Below, one piece after another: positions 48,820 to 60,390 of a stretch of 64,000 nt of DNA (positions are counted from its first letter, which is position 1; each line of letters opens with the position of its first letter). The stretch is from assembly GCA_038087875.1 (NCBI GenBank), contig JAXLNO010000630.1, positions 62,001-126,000 on the forward strand, written 5' to 3'. The notes under the pieces were generated by a model that did not search any database, was not told the DNA's origin, and saw nothing but the letters and a program-made list of their open reading frames with translations. This DNA comes from Malacoraja senta (taxonomy: Eukaryota). Both the position numbers and the translations under genes were made by a program.

Positions 48820-49106
48820 TGGGCCTGTCCCACTTTCCGAGTTTACCCAAGAGCTCTCCCGAGTTTTAAAAAAAACCTCGTGGTAAGTACGTAGAATGTA
48901 CGTAGCAGGTACGTCGGAGCTCGGGACGTCTCTTAACGGCTCGTGTCGCTAACGGCAGGTAAGCTCTTGAAGTTTTTACAACTGTGTGAAAAATGTCCAC
49001 GAGAGCTCCGAGTACCTACGAACGGCTATTACCGTAATTCTCCGAGTTTGAATCAGTGGAAACTCGGGAGAACTCTTGCATTACCTCGTACAGTGGGACA
49101 GGCACT
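48820..49106. mobile_element. PIF/Harbinger-type MITE
   Basis: GGGCCTGTCCCACT / AGTGGGACAGGCAC TIRs, as at 39455; TAA on both sides. Confidence 0.8.
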
Positions 49107-49235
49107 TAACCCTCCCTGCCTGGTACCCAAATTATTGGACCAACATGCTGGCATGAAGTTACCGAATCTGTAAAGGTAATAAAGTCTTTGGACCTTTATC
49201 ACTGTGTAAGGCTTCAGTTATTTGAACAGCAACAT

Positions 49236-49854
49236 CAAGATTCAAGAGAGTTAATTGTCATGTGTCCCTGATAGGACAATTAAATTCTCGCTTTGCTTCA
49301 GCACAACAGAACATAGTAGGCATGAATACAGAACAGATCACTGTGTCCATATACCATTATATAAATATATACACACATTAATAAATAAACTGATGAAGTG
49401 CAAATAAACAGATAATGGGCTATTAATGTTCAGAGTATTGTCCGAGCCAAATTTAATAGCCTGATGGCTGTGGGGAAGTAGCTATTCCTGAACCTGGTCA
49501 TTGCAGTCTTCAGGCTCCTGTACCTTCCACCTGAAGGTTGCGGTGAGATGAGTGTGTGGCCAGGATGGTGTGGGTCCTTGATGTTGCTGCCAGCCTTTTT
49601 GAGGCAGCGACTGCGATAGATCCTCTCGATGGAAGAGAGGTCAGAGCCGATGATGGACTGGGCAGTGTTTACTAGTTTTTGTCGTCTTTTCCACTCCAGG
49701 GCGCTCAAATTGCCGAACCAAGCCACAATGCAACCGGAAAGCATGCTCTCTACTGTGCACCTGTAGAAGTTAGAGAGAGTCCTCCTTGACATACCAACTC
49801 TCCGTAATCTTCTCAGGAAGTAGAGGCACTGATGTGCTTTCTTAATAATTGCAT
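49236..49854 (-). mobile_element. Rex1/Babar-type LINE 3' end
   Basis: LSNFYRCTVESMLSGCIVAWFGN...IKDPHHPGH...RYRS...FPTAIRLLN; (TCTTGA) tail. Confidence 0.85.
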
Positions 49855-50328
49855 CATGGTGTCAGAGTATACTAACATGGTGTCAGAGTATACAAAACTC
49901 ACTCCTTGTTTAATTTGATTGTTTTTATTTTATTTTATTTTTTTAAACTGTATTGCAATGGCTTCTGCTCTCAGACAACCAGAGATCCTGGTATTTGATG
50001 AGGATCTCGCAGAATGATGGCGAGTATTTGAAGAACATTTCTCAATTTACATTGAAGCAGCACACCCTACTGCTGATCCTGGTGTTCAAGCGTCAATCCT
50101 TCTTAATTTGGCAGGCACAGAAGCTGCTCGTCGTACCAGACAATTTCACTATGAACCAGCTAGACATGACCAGGCTGGTGTCCAGATTGCTCCTGCTGAA
50201 TCCATTCGAGACCCTGACTGCCTATTGCGCAAATTTCCGACAATTACGTGAGTTACGCACCAATTTAGTGATTGAGCGGCATCTGTTTTTTTCACATAGC
50301 CAGAGACACGGAGAACCTGTGGAGATGT
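49855..50328 (+). mobile_element. Gypsy relic: duplicated PBS and gag N-terminus related to the element at 9948
   Basis: TGGTGTCAGAG at 49857 and 49878. ATG 49958 gives MASALRQPEILVFDEDLAE*WRVFEEHF...ASILLNLAGTEAARR...PAESIRDPDCLLRKF, which aligns to ORF 10251-10559. Confidence 0.9.
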
Positions 50329-51400
50329 AAACATAGAAACATAGAAATTAGGTGCAGGAGGAGGCCATTCGGCCCATTGAGCCAGCACCGCCATTCATTG
50401 TGATCATGGCTGATCATCCCCAATCAATAACCCGTGCCTGCCTTCTCCCCATATCTCTTGATTCCACTTGCCCTCTGGAGTTCTATCTAACTCTCTCTTA
50501 AATCCATCTAGTGATTTGGCCTCCACTGCCCTCTGTGGCAGAGAATTCCATAAATTCACAACTCTCTGGGTGAAAACGTTTTTTCTCACCTCAGTCTTAA
50601 ATGGCCTCCCCTGTATTCTAAGTCTGTGGCTCCTGGTTCTGGACTCACCCAACATTGGGAACATGTTTCCTGCCTCGAGCTTGTCCAGTCCTTTTATAAT
50701 TTTAAATGTTTCTATAAGATACCCCCTCATCCTTCTAAACTCCCAGTGAATACAAGCCTAGTCTTTCAATCTTTCCTCACATGACTGTCCCGCCATCCCA
50801 GGGATCAATCTCGAGAACCTACGCTGCACTGCCTCAATCACAAGGATGTCCTTCCTCAAATTAGGAGACCAAAACTGTACACAATACTCCAGATGTGGTC
50901 TCACCAGAGCCCAATACAACTGCAGAAGAACCTCTTTACTCCTATACTGAAATCCTCTTGTTATGAAGGCCAACATTCCAACACAATACTCCAGATGTGG
51001 TCTCACCAGAGCCCAATACAACTGCAGAAGAACCTCTTTACTCCTATACTGAAATCCTCTTGTTATGAAGGCCAACATTCCATTAGCTTTCTTCACTGCC
51101 TGCTGTACCTGCACACCAACTTTCAGTGACCGGTGTACAGGGACACCCAGGTCTCGCTGTACCTCCCCCTTACCTAACCTAACCCCATTGAGATAATAAT
51201 CTGCCACCTTGATTTTACCACCAAAGTGGATAACCTCACATTTATCTATATTATACTACATCTGCGACGCATCCGCCCACTCACTCAACCTGTCCAGGTC
51301 ACCCTGCAACCTCCTAACACCCTCTTCACCGTTCACACTGCCACCCAGCTTTGTGTCATCTTCAAACCTGTTAGTGTTGCTCCTAATTCCCTCTTCCAAA
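50329..51400 (-). mobile_element. CR1 3' part with a 102-bp internal tandem duplication
   Basis: ORFs 50404-50730 and 50758-51207; (TTTCTATG)n tail. Confidence 0.93.
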
Positions 51401-51593
51401 TATATATGAATAAGGCCGCCGTTTATCCCGGAGAATTTCCCAAGAGCGCTGGAGTTAAATAAAACCGATTTTATATCGCAAAGTTACTGACAGACCTCAA
51501 GACGAACATTGCTGAATTACTTTAAAATGCAGCTGATCAGCACAACCCTGATGTCAAAGAAAATGGAGGTTGTTTTTTCAAAGTAAAACTTAC

Positions 51594-51672
51594 ATTAATG
51601 TGGTTGACAAGTTCCTTTGTAAGCCGAACGGCCAAATTTGGGATGCCTGCCTTTCTGTCGTCAAAAAGTGGC
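51594..51672 (-). pseudogene. Mx: Mx GTPase exon (79 bp), end of G domain / bundle signalling element
   Basis: CTAG acceptor and GTAAGT donor. Encodes PLFDDRKAGIPNLAVRLTKELVNHIN (compare MxA LLEEGKATVPCLAEKLTSELITHI). Phase is compatible with the 199-bp exon. Confidence 0.9.
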
Positions 51673-51814
51673 CTAGTTATTAAAATTGTGGAAAAAAAAA
51701 ATAACTTGGTCAAGGTTGAAACATTGCGAGATATTGGCAAAATAACAATCAAACAATTTTACATTGCTTGCAGATGGAAACCAAAACTCTGTTGATACAA
51801 AGCGAACTTCCAAG

Positions 51815-52205
51815 GACGGCACTGTGGCGCAGCGATAGAGTTGCTGCCTTGCAGCGCCAGAGACCTGACGGGCGTCAGGGATTATGGGGAAAAAGCAGGA
51901 GAATCGGGTTAGAAAAAAGAGATAGATCAGCCATGATTGATTGGCGGAGTAGACTTGATGGGCCGAATGGCCCAAATTCTGCTCCTATCATTTATGACCT
52001 TATGAGACCCAGGTTAGATCCCGACTACGGGTGCTTTTCTGCACGGAGTTTGTACGTTCTCCCCGTGACCTTCAATGGTTTCCTCCCACACTCCAAAGAT
52101 TGTCCCTAGTGTGTGTAGGACAGTGTTAACATGCAGGGATCGCTGGTCAGTGCAGACACGGTGGGCCGAAGGGCCTTTTTCCTCGCTGTATCTCTTAACT
52201 AAACA
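51815..52205 (+). mobile_element. tRNA-type SINE containing a CR1 3' fragment, in the Mx intron
   Basis: GTGGCGCAGCGATAGAGTTGCTGCC head; GGGCCGAAGGGCC tail. Confidence 0.75.
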
Positions 52206-52370
52206 ATGTGAAATTTGACTCAATGGCATACATTGTCCTGGGACTGCAAGGCGACTATTTGGTGCAGCTTGATATGAAGGCCGTTTGCACATGTAACTGT
52301 TAGGTGTCTACCATCTACACAATCTGCCATCTCCACTTCACTTAATGGAAAACAAGTCTTCACCATTTAC

Positions 52371-52569
52371 CCAAATTGTTCATGGTTTTCAAAAAATGCC
52401 TTTTCCTTTGCAATTGCCTCCACCAGTGATATATTTTCATTGATGTCGTTCTAGCCACTACACTTAATGATCATGTGTCCCTTCGCCAGCTCTACTGTCA
52501 GGTTCTGCACAATGTCAACTACGTTCTTCTCTGTTCCTTTATCCACCAGGTCAAGTTTGGTCAAAATAC
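52371..52569 (-). pseudogene. Mx: Mx GTPase exon (199 bp) with G4 motif and premature stop
   Basis: TTTGAAG acceptor and GTAAAT donor. Encodes [65 protein letters not shown] (compare Mx[25 protein letters not shown]...KGYMIVKCRGQ...EKIFFENHPYF). TAG at 52453-52451. Confidence 0.93.
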
Positions 52570-52828
52570 CTTCAAATTTAAAAGTAAAAAGGGAAAGATT
52601 ATGGAATTAATTTGTTGCCACAAATTAATTCCATAATAAGTGGTTGTGGTGCCCGAAATATTGAAAATAATAAGGAAGATGATATGGAACTATAATTGTC
52701 ACATGTACCGAGGTACAGTTAAGTTCATTTTTATATCCAATTCAGTACAACATAAGCACTATATTAGGGCGGTACGGTGGCAAAGCGGTAGAGTTGCTGC
52801 CTTACAGCACCAAAGATCTGGGTTTGAT

Positions 52829-53466
52829 AGACAATAGACAATTTGTGCAGGAGTAGGCCATTCGGTCCTTCGAGCCAGCAGCCATTCAATGTGATCATGG
52901 CTGATCATCCCTAATCAGCACTCCTTTCCTGCCATCTCCCCATATCACGTGACTCCGCAATCTTTAAGAGCCCTATCTAGCTCTCTTTTCAAACTATCCA
53001 GAGGACAGGCCTCCACCACCCTCTGAGGCAGAGAATTCCACAGACTCACAGCTCTCTGTGTGAAGTACTGTTTCCTCCTCCCGTTCTAAATGGCTTACCC
53101 CTTATTCTTAAACTGTGGCCCCTGGTTCTGGACTCTCCCAACATCTGGATCATGTTTCCTACCTCTAGCGTGTCCAAACCCTTAGTAATCTTATGTTTCA
53201 ATAAGATGCCCTCTCATCCTTCTAAACTCCAGACTATACAAGCCCAGTCGCTCCATTCTCTCAGCATATGACAGTCCCGCCATCCCGGGAATTAACCTTG
53301 TAAACCTATGCTGCACTCCCTCAATAGCAAGAATGTCCTTCCTCAAATTAGGAGACCAAAACTGCACACAATACTCCAGGTGTGTTCTCACTAGGGCCTC
53401 ATACAACTGCAGAAGTACCTGTTTGCTCAACTCCTCTTGTTATGAAGGCCAACATACCATTCGCTT
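52829..53466 (-). mobile_element. CR1 3' part
   Basis: HLEYCVQFWSPNLRKDILAIEGVQ; (ATTGTCT)n tail. Confidence 0.92.
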
Positions 53467-53574
53467 TCAGATGCTGTCAGTATGGAGTTTGTATGTTCTC
53501 CCTGTCACGGCGTGGGTTTTCTCCGAGATCTTTGGTATCCTCCCACACCCCAAGGATGTACAGGTTTGTAGATT

Positions 53575-56500
53575 AATAGTAAGTTTAAATGAGAACTTAT
53601 CAGTTTGAAGTTTGATCTTTATTTTATGAGGAGTGACGTTAGTGATTACGTGAAGAAGACCCGTCAGGGCGCCTGCGCGTTAATCTTCAAAGCAGCAGTG
53701 TGAAATCACAAACAACAAGAACGAAGTAATATAGTAATCTAATAAAACGAGTAAATTAAGAACTTCCATCTGACCTTTATGATAGAGGGTTGGGCATGGT
53801 GGGCACGTAATCACCAACGTAACTCCTCATAAAATAAAGAACAAATTTCAAACTGGTAAGTTCTCCTTTAATCTTACTATTTTACTTCGGAGTCACGTGA
53901 GTGACTACGTGAAGATTTTAAAGCTTTGTGATTTCATGCCGCATTTGGTCAACTCATTGGACCAAATTGGATTTCATGCCGCTGGGTGGTCAACTCATTG
54001 GACCACCCAGCGGCTGCGAGAATATGGTCGACGGGGACGTCCTTCGCCCTGGCTGCCGACGTTGCTGCTGCCCTAGACGAATGGGACGTAAAAACATCAG
54101 TGTTAATACCTGCAGCAATCAAGACTTGTTTTAGCCATCTTGAAATAGTCTGTACTGAGACTCTCTTGTGTGGTTTCTTGTGTGTGATAAACAATCCAGT
54201 TTCCATATTTCGTAAGATCTTTGTAACCTCAATGTATTGTGACAAATATGTCTTAATACATATACATGGATCCTTTGGATATGCTGATAAAACAATTCTG
54301 AATCCTGTCACACCTGGCCTACTTTGTTTCAGTAGGTCATAAATGTAAAACATAACATTATCTTCAGCTACTTCCATCCTGTCTATTTGCAATTTATGTA
54401 ATGTCTGCACTCCCTGTGATGTTACTAATGCCATTAACATGACCACTTTCATACTGAGTTTGGCCTAAGTCAAAGATGTACCAGGAGACCATTCACGAAG
54501 TAGCTTAAGAACCACACTTCCATCCCAGATTGCCATGTACCTAGGCTTAGGAGGTCTGGAATTAAAAATTCCTTTCATCAATCTGGAAACAAGTGGATGA
54601 GACCCAATAGGACTTCCTTCTGACTCCACAAATAAATATGAGGACAATGCACTCCTGGCTGAATTAATTGCACTATAACTCAAGCCTTCATCGTAGTAAA
54701 GTGTTGACAAAAACTCTAAAACATTTTGAGATATCTGCCGTACAATATTCAACATTCTTTTGAACACAGAACTTTTCCCATTTCGTAACATAAGAAAGGT
54801 ACTGCTTTTGAGTGCTCTTCCTCCAGGCTGCCGTAAGCATGTCCACAGTACGCCCAGACAGTCCTCGCCCAAGAAAAGGCCTTCTTAAAACCTGCAAATG
54901 AACAAATCCAAATGATCATATAATGGATGTTGTTCTCCTGTTACCAGACGCAGTAGTAAATCCCTTCTTTTCGGGACTTTCATCAAAGGCTGTGTCGTCA
55001 ATTCCAATATTAAAGCAAACCATGGCTGTGTAGGCCAATCTGGTACCACCAATACCCCTGAATCTTGCCTGATTTTAAGCAAACACTGACTTATGAGGCA
55101 GAAAGGTGGAAATGCATACAAAAACTTATCACCCCAATGTAGCGACAAAGCATCAATCGTTACTGCACCTGGATCTGGTTCCCATGACACATATCTCGAT
55201 AGCTGATGATTTAATCTAGATGCGAACAAGTCGATATCTGGCATTCCAAATCTGATTACTATGTCATTGAATATCTCTCGATTCAACATCCATTCTTTGT
55301 TATCATGGAATTTACTTGAACTGGTGTCTGCTATAATATTCAATCTACCTGGTAGATAAATAGTTGAAATCCAAATATTCTTGTCAATACACCAAGACCA
55401 GATTTGATTAGCCAACTTTTCACATGACTTGATTCCACCCGTATGGTTAATATATGCAACTGCTGTTGTGTTATCAACTTGAAACTGAACATGCAGATTA
55501 GTCGTGTTAGAGCAATAAGCTTGGAGTCCTAGAAGCTGCAAATAGTTGATTCCCCATGTCTGCAGTAACGATGCCTCTTCCACGTTCCATCTGCCTCCGC
55601 AGCTGGATTCCTAGTGCACTGACATCTGTTTGCAATACCATGGAAGGCTGTTCAATCAGTATTTCACTGAAACTACTTGAGACATGTAGTATCCACCACT
55701 GCAAATCAGAAACAGCATTTGTTGTTAACTGCATGGCGCTATCAAAATGGCCACCATGCATCCTCAGTGCCTGTTCTTTAGCTCTCTGTAGCTGTTGGTA
55801 ATGTAATGGCCCATATTGTACAACTGGAAAAGCTGCTACTAATTTCCCCTGCACTCTAGCCACATGTCTAATTGAAGTTTTTTGCTCATTTAACAGCTTA
55901 ATGCAATCATCAATCAACTCCACCCTTTTTTCACTGGGCAAAGTAATTTCCATGTGAACTGAATCAATTGTGAAACCCAAATAATCAATTGATGTACATG
56001 GTGTTAACCTTGATTTCTTTGGATGTATTATAAATCCCAAACTTTCAAAAGTGGATTTAACAACTGAAACAGATAACTCTGCTGACTCTTTTGTTCGTCC
56101 TATAATCAGGACATCATCCAAGTACGCCATTACCACATGCCCCTGGCCTCTCAGCAGTCCCAGAATTGGTTGTAATAATTTAGTGAATATTCTGGGAGCT
56201 GAAGTTAATCCATTTTGCAGAGCTTTAATCTGCCATAACTGGTTCATCCACGTAAATTTTAGATATTTTCTATCTTCCAAATGAACAGACACTGAATAAT
56301 ATGCATCTTTTAGATCTATAGTTGCCATATAACATGCTTTTGAAATAAGTTGCTTGGCAGTCACAAAAGTCTCCATTTTAAAGTGTCTAAATTGAACAAA
56401 AGGATTAAGACTTGTCAAGTCCAAAATAATCCTACATCCTCCATCCCTTTTAGGTCAGGGAAATATATTAGACACAAATTGGTGGGTTTGATAAACTGAC

Positions 56501-57368
56501 TTTTCAATAACACCTTTATTATATGCACTTATTCCAGAACCCAGCAGCTTTAATATTCTCTGCAGCTTTATTTCTTGAGCTCTCATAGTCATGCTCATCT
56601 GACCCCATATCACTTGGTTTAATGCTGGTGCCTTTAATAATACGCAGTTCCTCGGGGTCTCGTGCTTTTTGGCAGTTTCATCCATTGCAAGTTGTTCCAG
56701 CAGATGGGATACTTGTGGAGGCCAACTCCTCTCCCAGTGGCTCTCCTGACCCTGACGGGGCAGCGAATCGTACTGCCAGAGGTGGAATATCTGGCAGCTG
56801 CCGTTCTTCGCTTGAATCGGCCTCACCATCAGAGTCGGGGTCAGAACTCTGCTGAGTGCGCTTTTCTCCAGTAGCCTGTGTATAAGGCTTTCCATTTGAT
56901 AGATCCGCTCAAAAGCGGTATCCAGCCCTGGAGTTACATCCATCTCTTCGGACTCCTCCTCCGTGGGCCGTATGGACTTGAATTTTGCCTTGCGCCCCAC
57001 TGGCGCTGACTGAGTTCTTTTCTACCCCCAGTCCACAGTCGTTACGCTCCCAGCCGGCGACTGTACAGGGGTCTGAGGCAGCTGTTCGCCGACCGCAATA
57101 TCGCGACATTCCAACGGCTTTGCCGCTCGCCTCTTCCCCTTGCCCGTTTTTTCCATGGCGCCTGTGGAAAAAATCCCCACAGACCCACAGCAAACGGACA
57201 CGGAAATATCGAAAAACGTTTTTTACTTACCTTGTAATTTACAACTACATTTCCACTAGAGGAGCGCTGCTCCTCACGTCCGTTCGCGCCAATGCGTCTA
57301 ACGTAATGACGCGCAGGCGCCCTGACGGCTCTTCTTCACGTAGTCACTCACGTGACTCCGAAGTAAAA
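53575..57368 (-). mobile_element. DIRS1-type retrotransposon (copy C), both termini intact, internally deleted
   Basis: Left terminus ends at 57368; ICR 53804-53914; right terminus 53575-53682. RT ORF 55507-56424 (YLDDVL), RH/MT 54885-55583, YR 53949-54897 (HSSR, AGWS). Confidence 0.97.
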
Positions 57369-57429
57369 TTGGCTTTGTATGAATGTAAATTGTCCCTAGT
57401 GTGTATATGTCTAAATCAACAGATAGGTA

Positions 57430-59260
57430 ACTAGGTGCATGGTCACTTAAATCTATTGTTCCAATTCCACATCTATTGTTCCAATAACTTTATCCTTTCC
57501 AAATGTTATAAAATAGTCTATTCTTGTGTAAGGAGAGTGTGGGGCCAAGTAATGTGTGTAATCCCTTCTATTAGGGAAAAGGTCCCGCCATATATCAATT
57601 AAACCGACCTCTTTAAAAAGAGTTTTGACTTTCTTGTGTAAAGACTTTGTATCATGAGTTTTTCTACTGGACGAGTCTAGCTCTGGTTATAAATGTATAT
57701 TTAGGTCTCCCCCACAAATAAGAAGGCCTTCCGTTTCCGTTATCATGATATTAATAATTCTCTGGAAGAAATTAAAATCACTTCCAGGAGGTGCATATAC
57801 ATTAAACAACGTAACTTGATTCCCATCTATATCCCCCCTTACTAAAATAAAGCTACCCTCCTTATCACTCATTTCAAATACTTTCTCAAAATTTAACTTG
57901 CTTGAGATGAGAGTAGCGACTCCTCTCCTACGTCCCAATATATATGAGGATAAAAAGAGGTTAGTGAAACCCATTCTGTTAATTTTTTCGTGTTCTTTGT
58001 CATTTAGATGGGTTTCCTGTAAGTATACTATATGGGCTTGTTCTTTCCTCATTTTAGTTAGAATTTTGCTGCGTTTAATTGGGTTTAAGTCCATTCACAT
58101 TAAAAGAGATGAATTTTACCTTCCCATTAGCCATTTGTATTTAACTTTCTGTGTATCAGTAACATGGTGAAATAAGACATAACAGATCTACTCCCTGAAC
58201 AGACAAGAACGAAAGATCATGAAAAAACAGAGGCGTAAATCGAAGGTAGGGGTCTCCTGTGGACGACCCTGGGCTAGGCTTGAGGAAAAGCCTAGTGGTG
58301 GGGGAGAGCCTCTCTCATCTGTGAGCTGTGCCCACTCCCCCCGCCCCCCCTGCAGCATCCAAAAAGAAAAAAACTCCATCCATAAGCTGGAACAGACTTC
58401 CCTGTGCATTCCTCCCTTGTACTTATCTTCATTTAAATAAGGGAAAACAGTTGAACGTAACAAATGAAATAAAGCACCGTCGAATTTTAAGTTCTGTTCT
58501 GTTCACCTACATGTTTAAAGTTATCCATAACTTAAAGCTCTTCTGAAGATGAGGGCCGTCTTCTCAAGACCCGTAGTCTCTCCGCGATGTCCTTCTCCCG
58601 CTCCTCGGCCGTCTCCTGCAGACTTGATCTTCCCACCATCTCCCACGCAGTGCGGGACAGTTGCTCAGCCAGGTCTCTTTCGGTGTGGTCACTCTGATGG
58701 GCAGTCCTCTGTTCCTCATGTCAGTGGTTGCCTCATCCAGCGTCTGGTACAGCCATGTCTGGTCATGGTAAAATACTCATAACTTGGCGGGGAACGGAGT
58801 CTGGAAGCGGATCTTGTTCTGCTTTAACACCCATTTCGCCTCAGAATATTCTCCACGTTTAGAACACGGTCTTCCACCCTTTCGAGCCGTGTCTCCGCCA
58901 CCGCTATTTTTTGATTAACATTGGTGAGTTTGCCCTTAATATCGATTAGCTGTTCTTTTGTGTCTTTGCGAAAGTCCGTACCTCCTCCAAAACAGCGGCT
59001 AAAATTAGCTCTACGTCTTTCTGGTGCGGGTTGGTTCTGGCTCTGCCATCTTTGACCTTTGTAAGTGAGCCGTCCGTGTTTCCTTCGTTTTCAGTGGCGC
59101 TTTTCTTGTTTACATCTCGTCTTCCCATTCTTGCCCCTTTCATCAGGTCAGTTATTCTCAATACATATTATATTTGACAAACTAATGGGACTAAATAAGT
59201 AGGTTTCGGAGGAGCTGTTATCTTATGCTGCCATTCAGGATGGTGACGTCACCAGAATCT
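57430..59260 (-). mobile_element. L1-type LINE 5' part: internally deleted ORF1 and endonuclease
   Basis: IVYLQETHL, NVYAPP, GGDLN, RIDYF and SDHAP motifs; ORF1 remnant KIRFQTPFPAKL at ~58780-58830. Confidence 0.88.
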
Positions 59261-59643
59261 CTGTCTCAAAGCTGTTTTCAATAATTTTGCAGGCTATTTA
59301 CTGCAGACTTTAGCTTTAAAAATTCTCAGTCTTTAAAGAAAGTTGACTTTCAAATAGGACAAAAGCAGCCGATCTAATCACGGTGCCCGGTCAATGATGT
59401 CTTCAATCTACTTTTCTTCTAATAACTCGTGTGGTAGATTAGCCTGCGACGGCGGATTCTTTGTTCCAGGATTCAAGCTCTTATCTCATTCATAGAGATT
59501 CTGCTTTCTTCTTCAGTTCCACTGTAGAATCAGTTTTTTACTTGATGTAAAGGCAGTTTCTATAACTTTCTCAATGTCCAACTTTGATAGCCATTACTAC
59601 TCGGGGATGTGGTGGAGATATAGTTTACGCACTCACCGTGCTC

Positions 59644-60390
59644 TTAAGATAGCAATCTTCCAATCTTAAGAAAATGAATCTTTTTAAAACAGTTTTTTGA
59701 CAAGTATATCGGAATTGTTTGAAAAAGGTATAATATTTGCGGTAAGAAAATCATTTTTATGGCATTAATTTTGCCAACCATTGAGATAGGAAGTGTTTTC
59801 CAATACTGAATATTCTTATGTAGTTTATTCAGTAATGGGGGAAAGTTTGCTTTAAATAATGATGTATATGTCTTAGTAACATAAATGCCTCGGTATTTAA
59901 ATTTTTCATTTACTATTTTAAATGGAAATTGTTGTATTATATGTTTATTATGTTCCCTTATTGGCATAATTACACTTTTATTCCAATTTATTCTGTATCC
60001 TGAGAGTGAACCAAATTGGGTTATTAGCTTTAATAAGTTTGGAATACTAATTTCTGGTTTTGTAATGTAAATTAATACATCATCTGCGTATAAATAAATT
60101 TTATTCACTGTATCCTTTGTGTTATACCCATATATTTCCGGATGGGTCCTAACTCTTTCTGCGAGTGGCTCTATAACAAGCGCAAATAATAATGGAGACA
60201 ACGGGCATCCTTGTCTACAACCTCTAGATAGGTTATATTTAGATGATAACCTTTGGTTTGTTAATATTCTAGCCGTAGGGTTGGTATATAACAGTTATAT
60301 CCATGCACAAAATTTCTCGCCCAGCTGCAATTTTTCCATCACCGAAAATAAATAGGGCCATTCCACCTGATCAAAAGCTTTTTCAGCATC
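59644..60390 (-). mobile_element. L1 ORF2 RT fragment (downstream half of a host L1 split by another L1)
   Basis: [24 protein letters not shown] and LYADD. Confidence 0.92.

Larger units (their letters stand above)
52767..57405 (+). mobile_element. Single SINE split into three pieces (52767-52828, 53467-53574, 57369-57405) by a CR1 and DIRS copy C
   Basis: The pieces join into the SINE consensus: head, then GGAGTTTGTATGTTCTCCC...GTTTGTAGATTAA|TTGGCT...AATTGTCCCTAGTGTGT. Confidence 0.8.

Noticed and set aside
52371..52569. Classical dynamin because of TKLD
   Set aside because: The surrounding residues (DLVDKGTE, KGxMIxKCxG, FFENH) and the 199+79 exon pair fit Mx.
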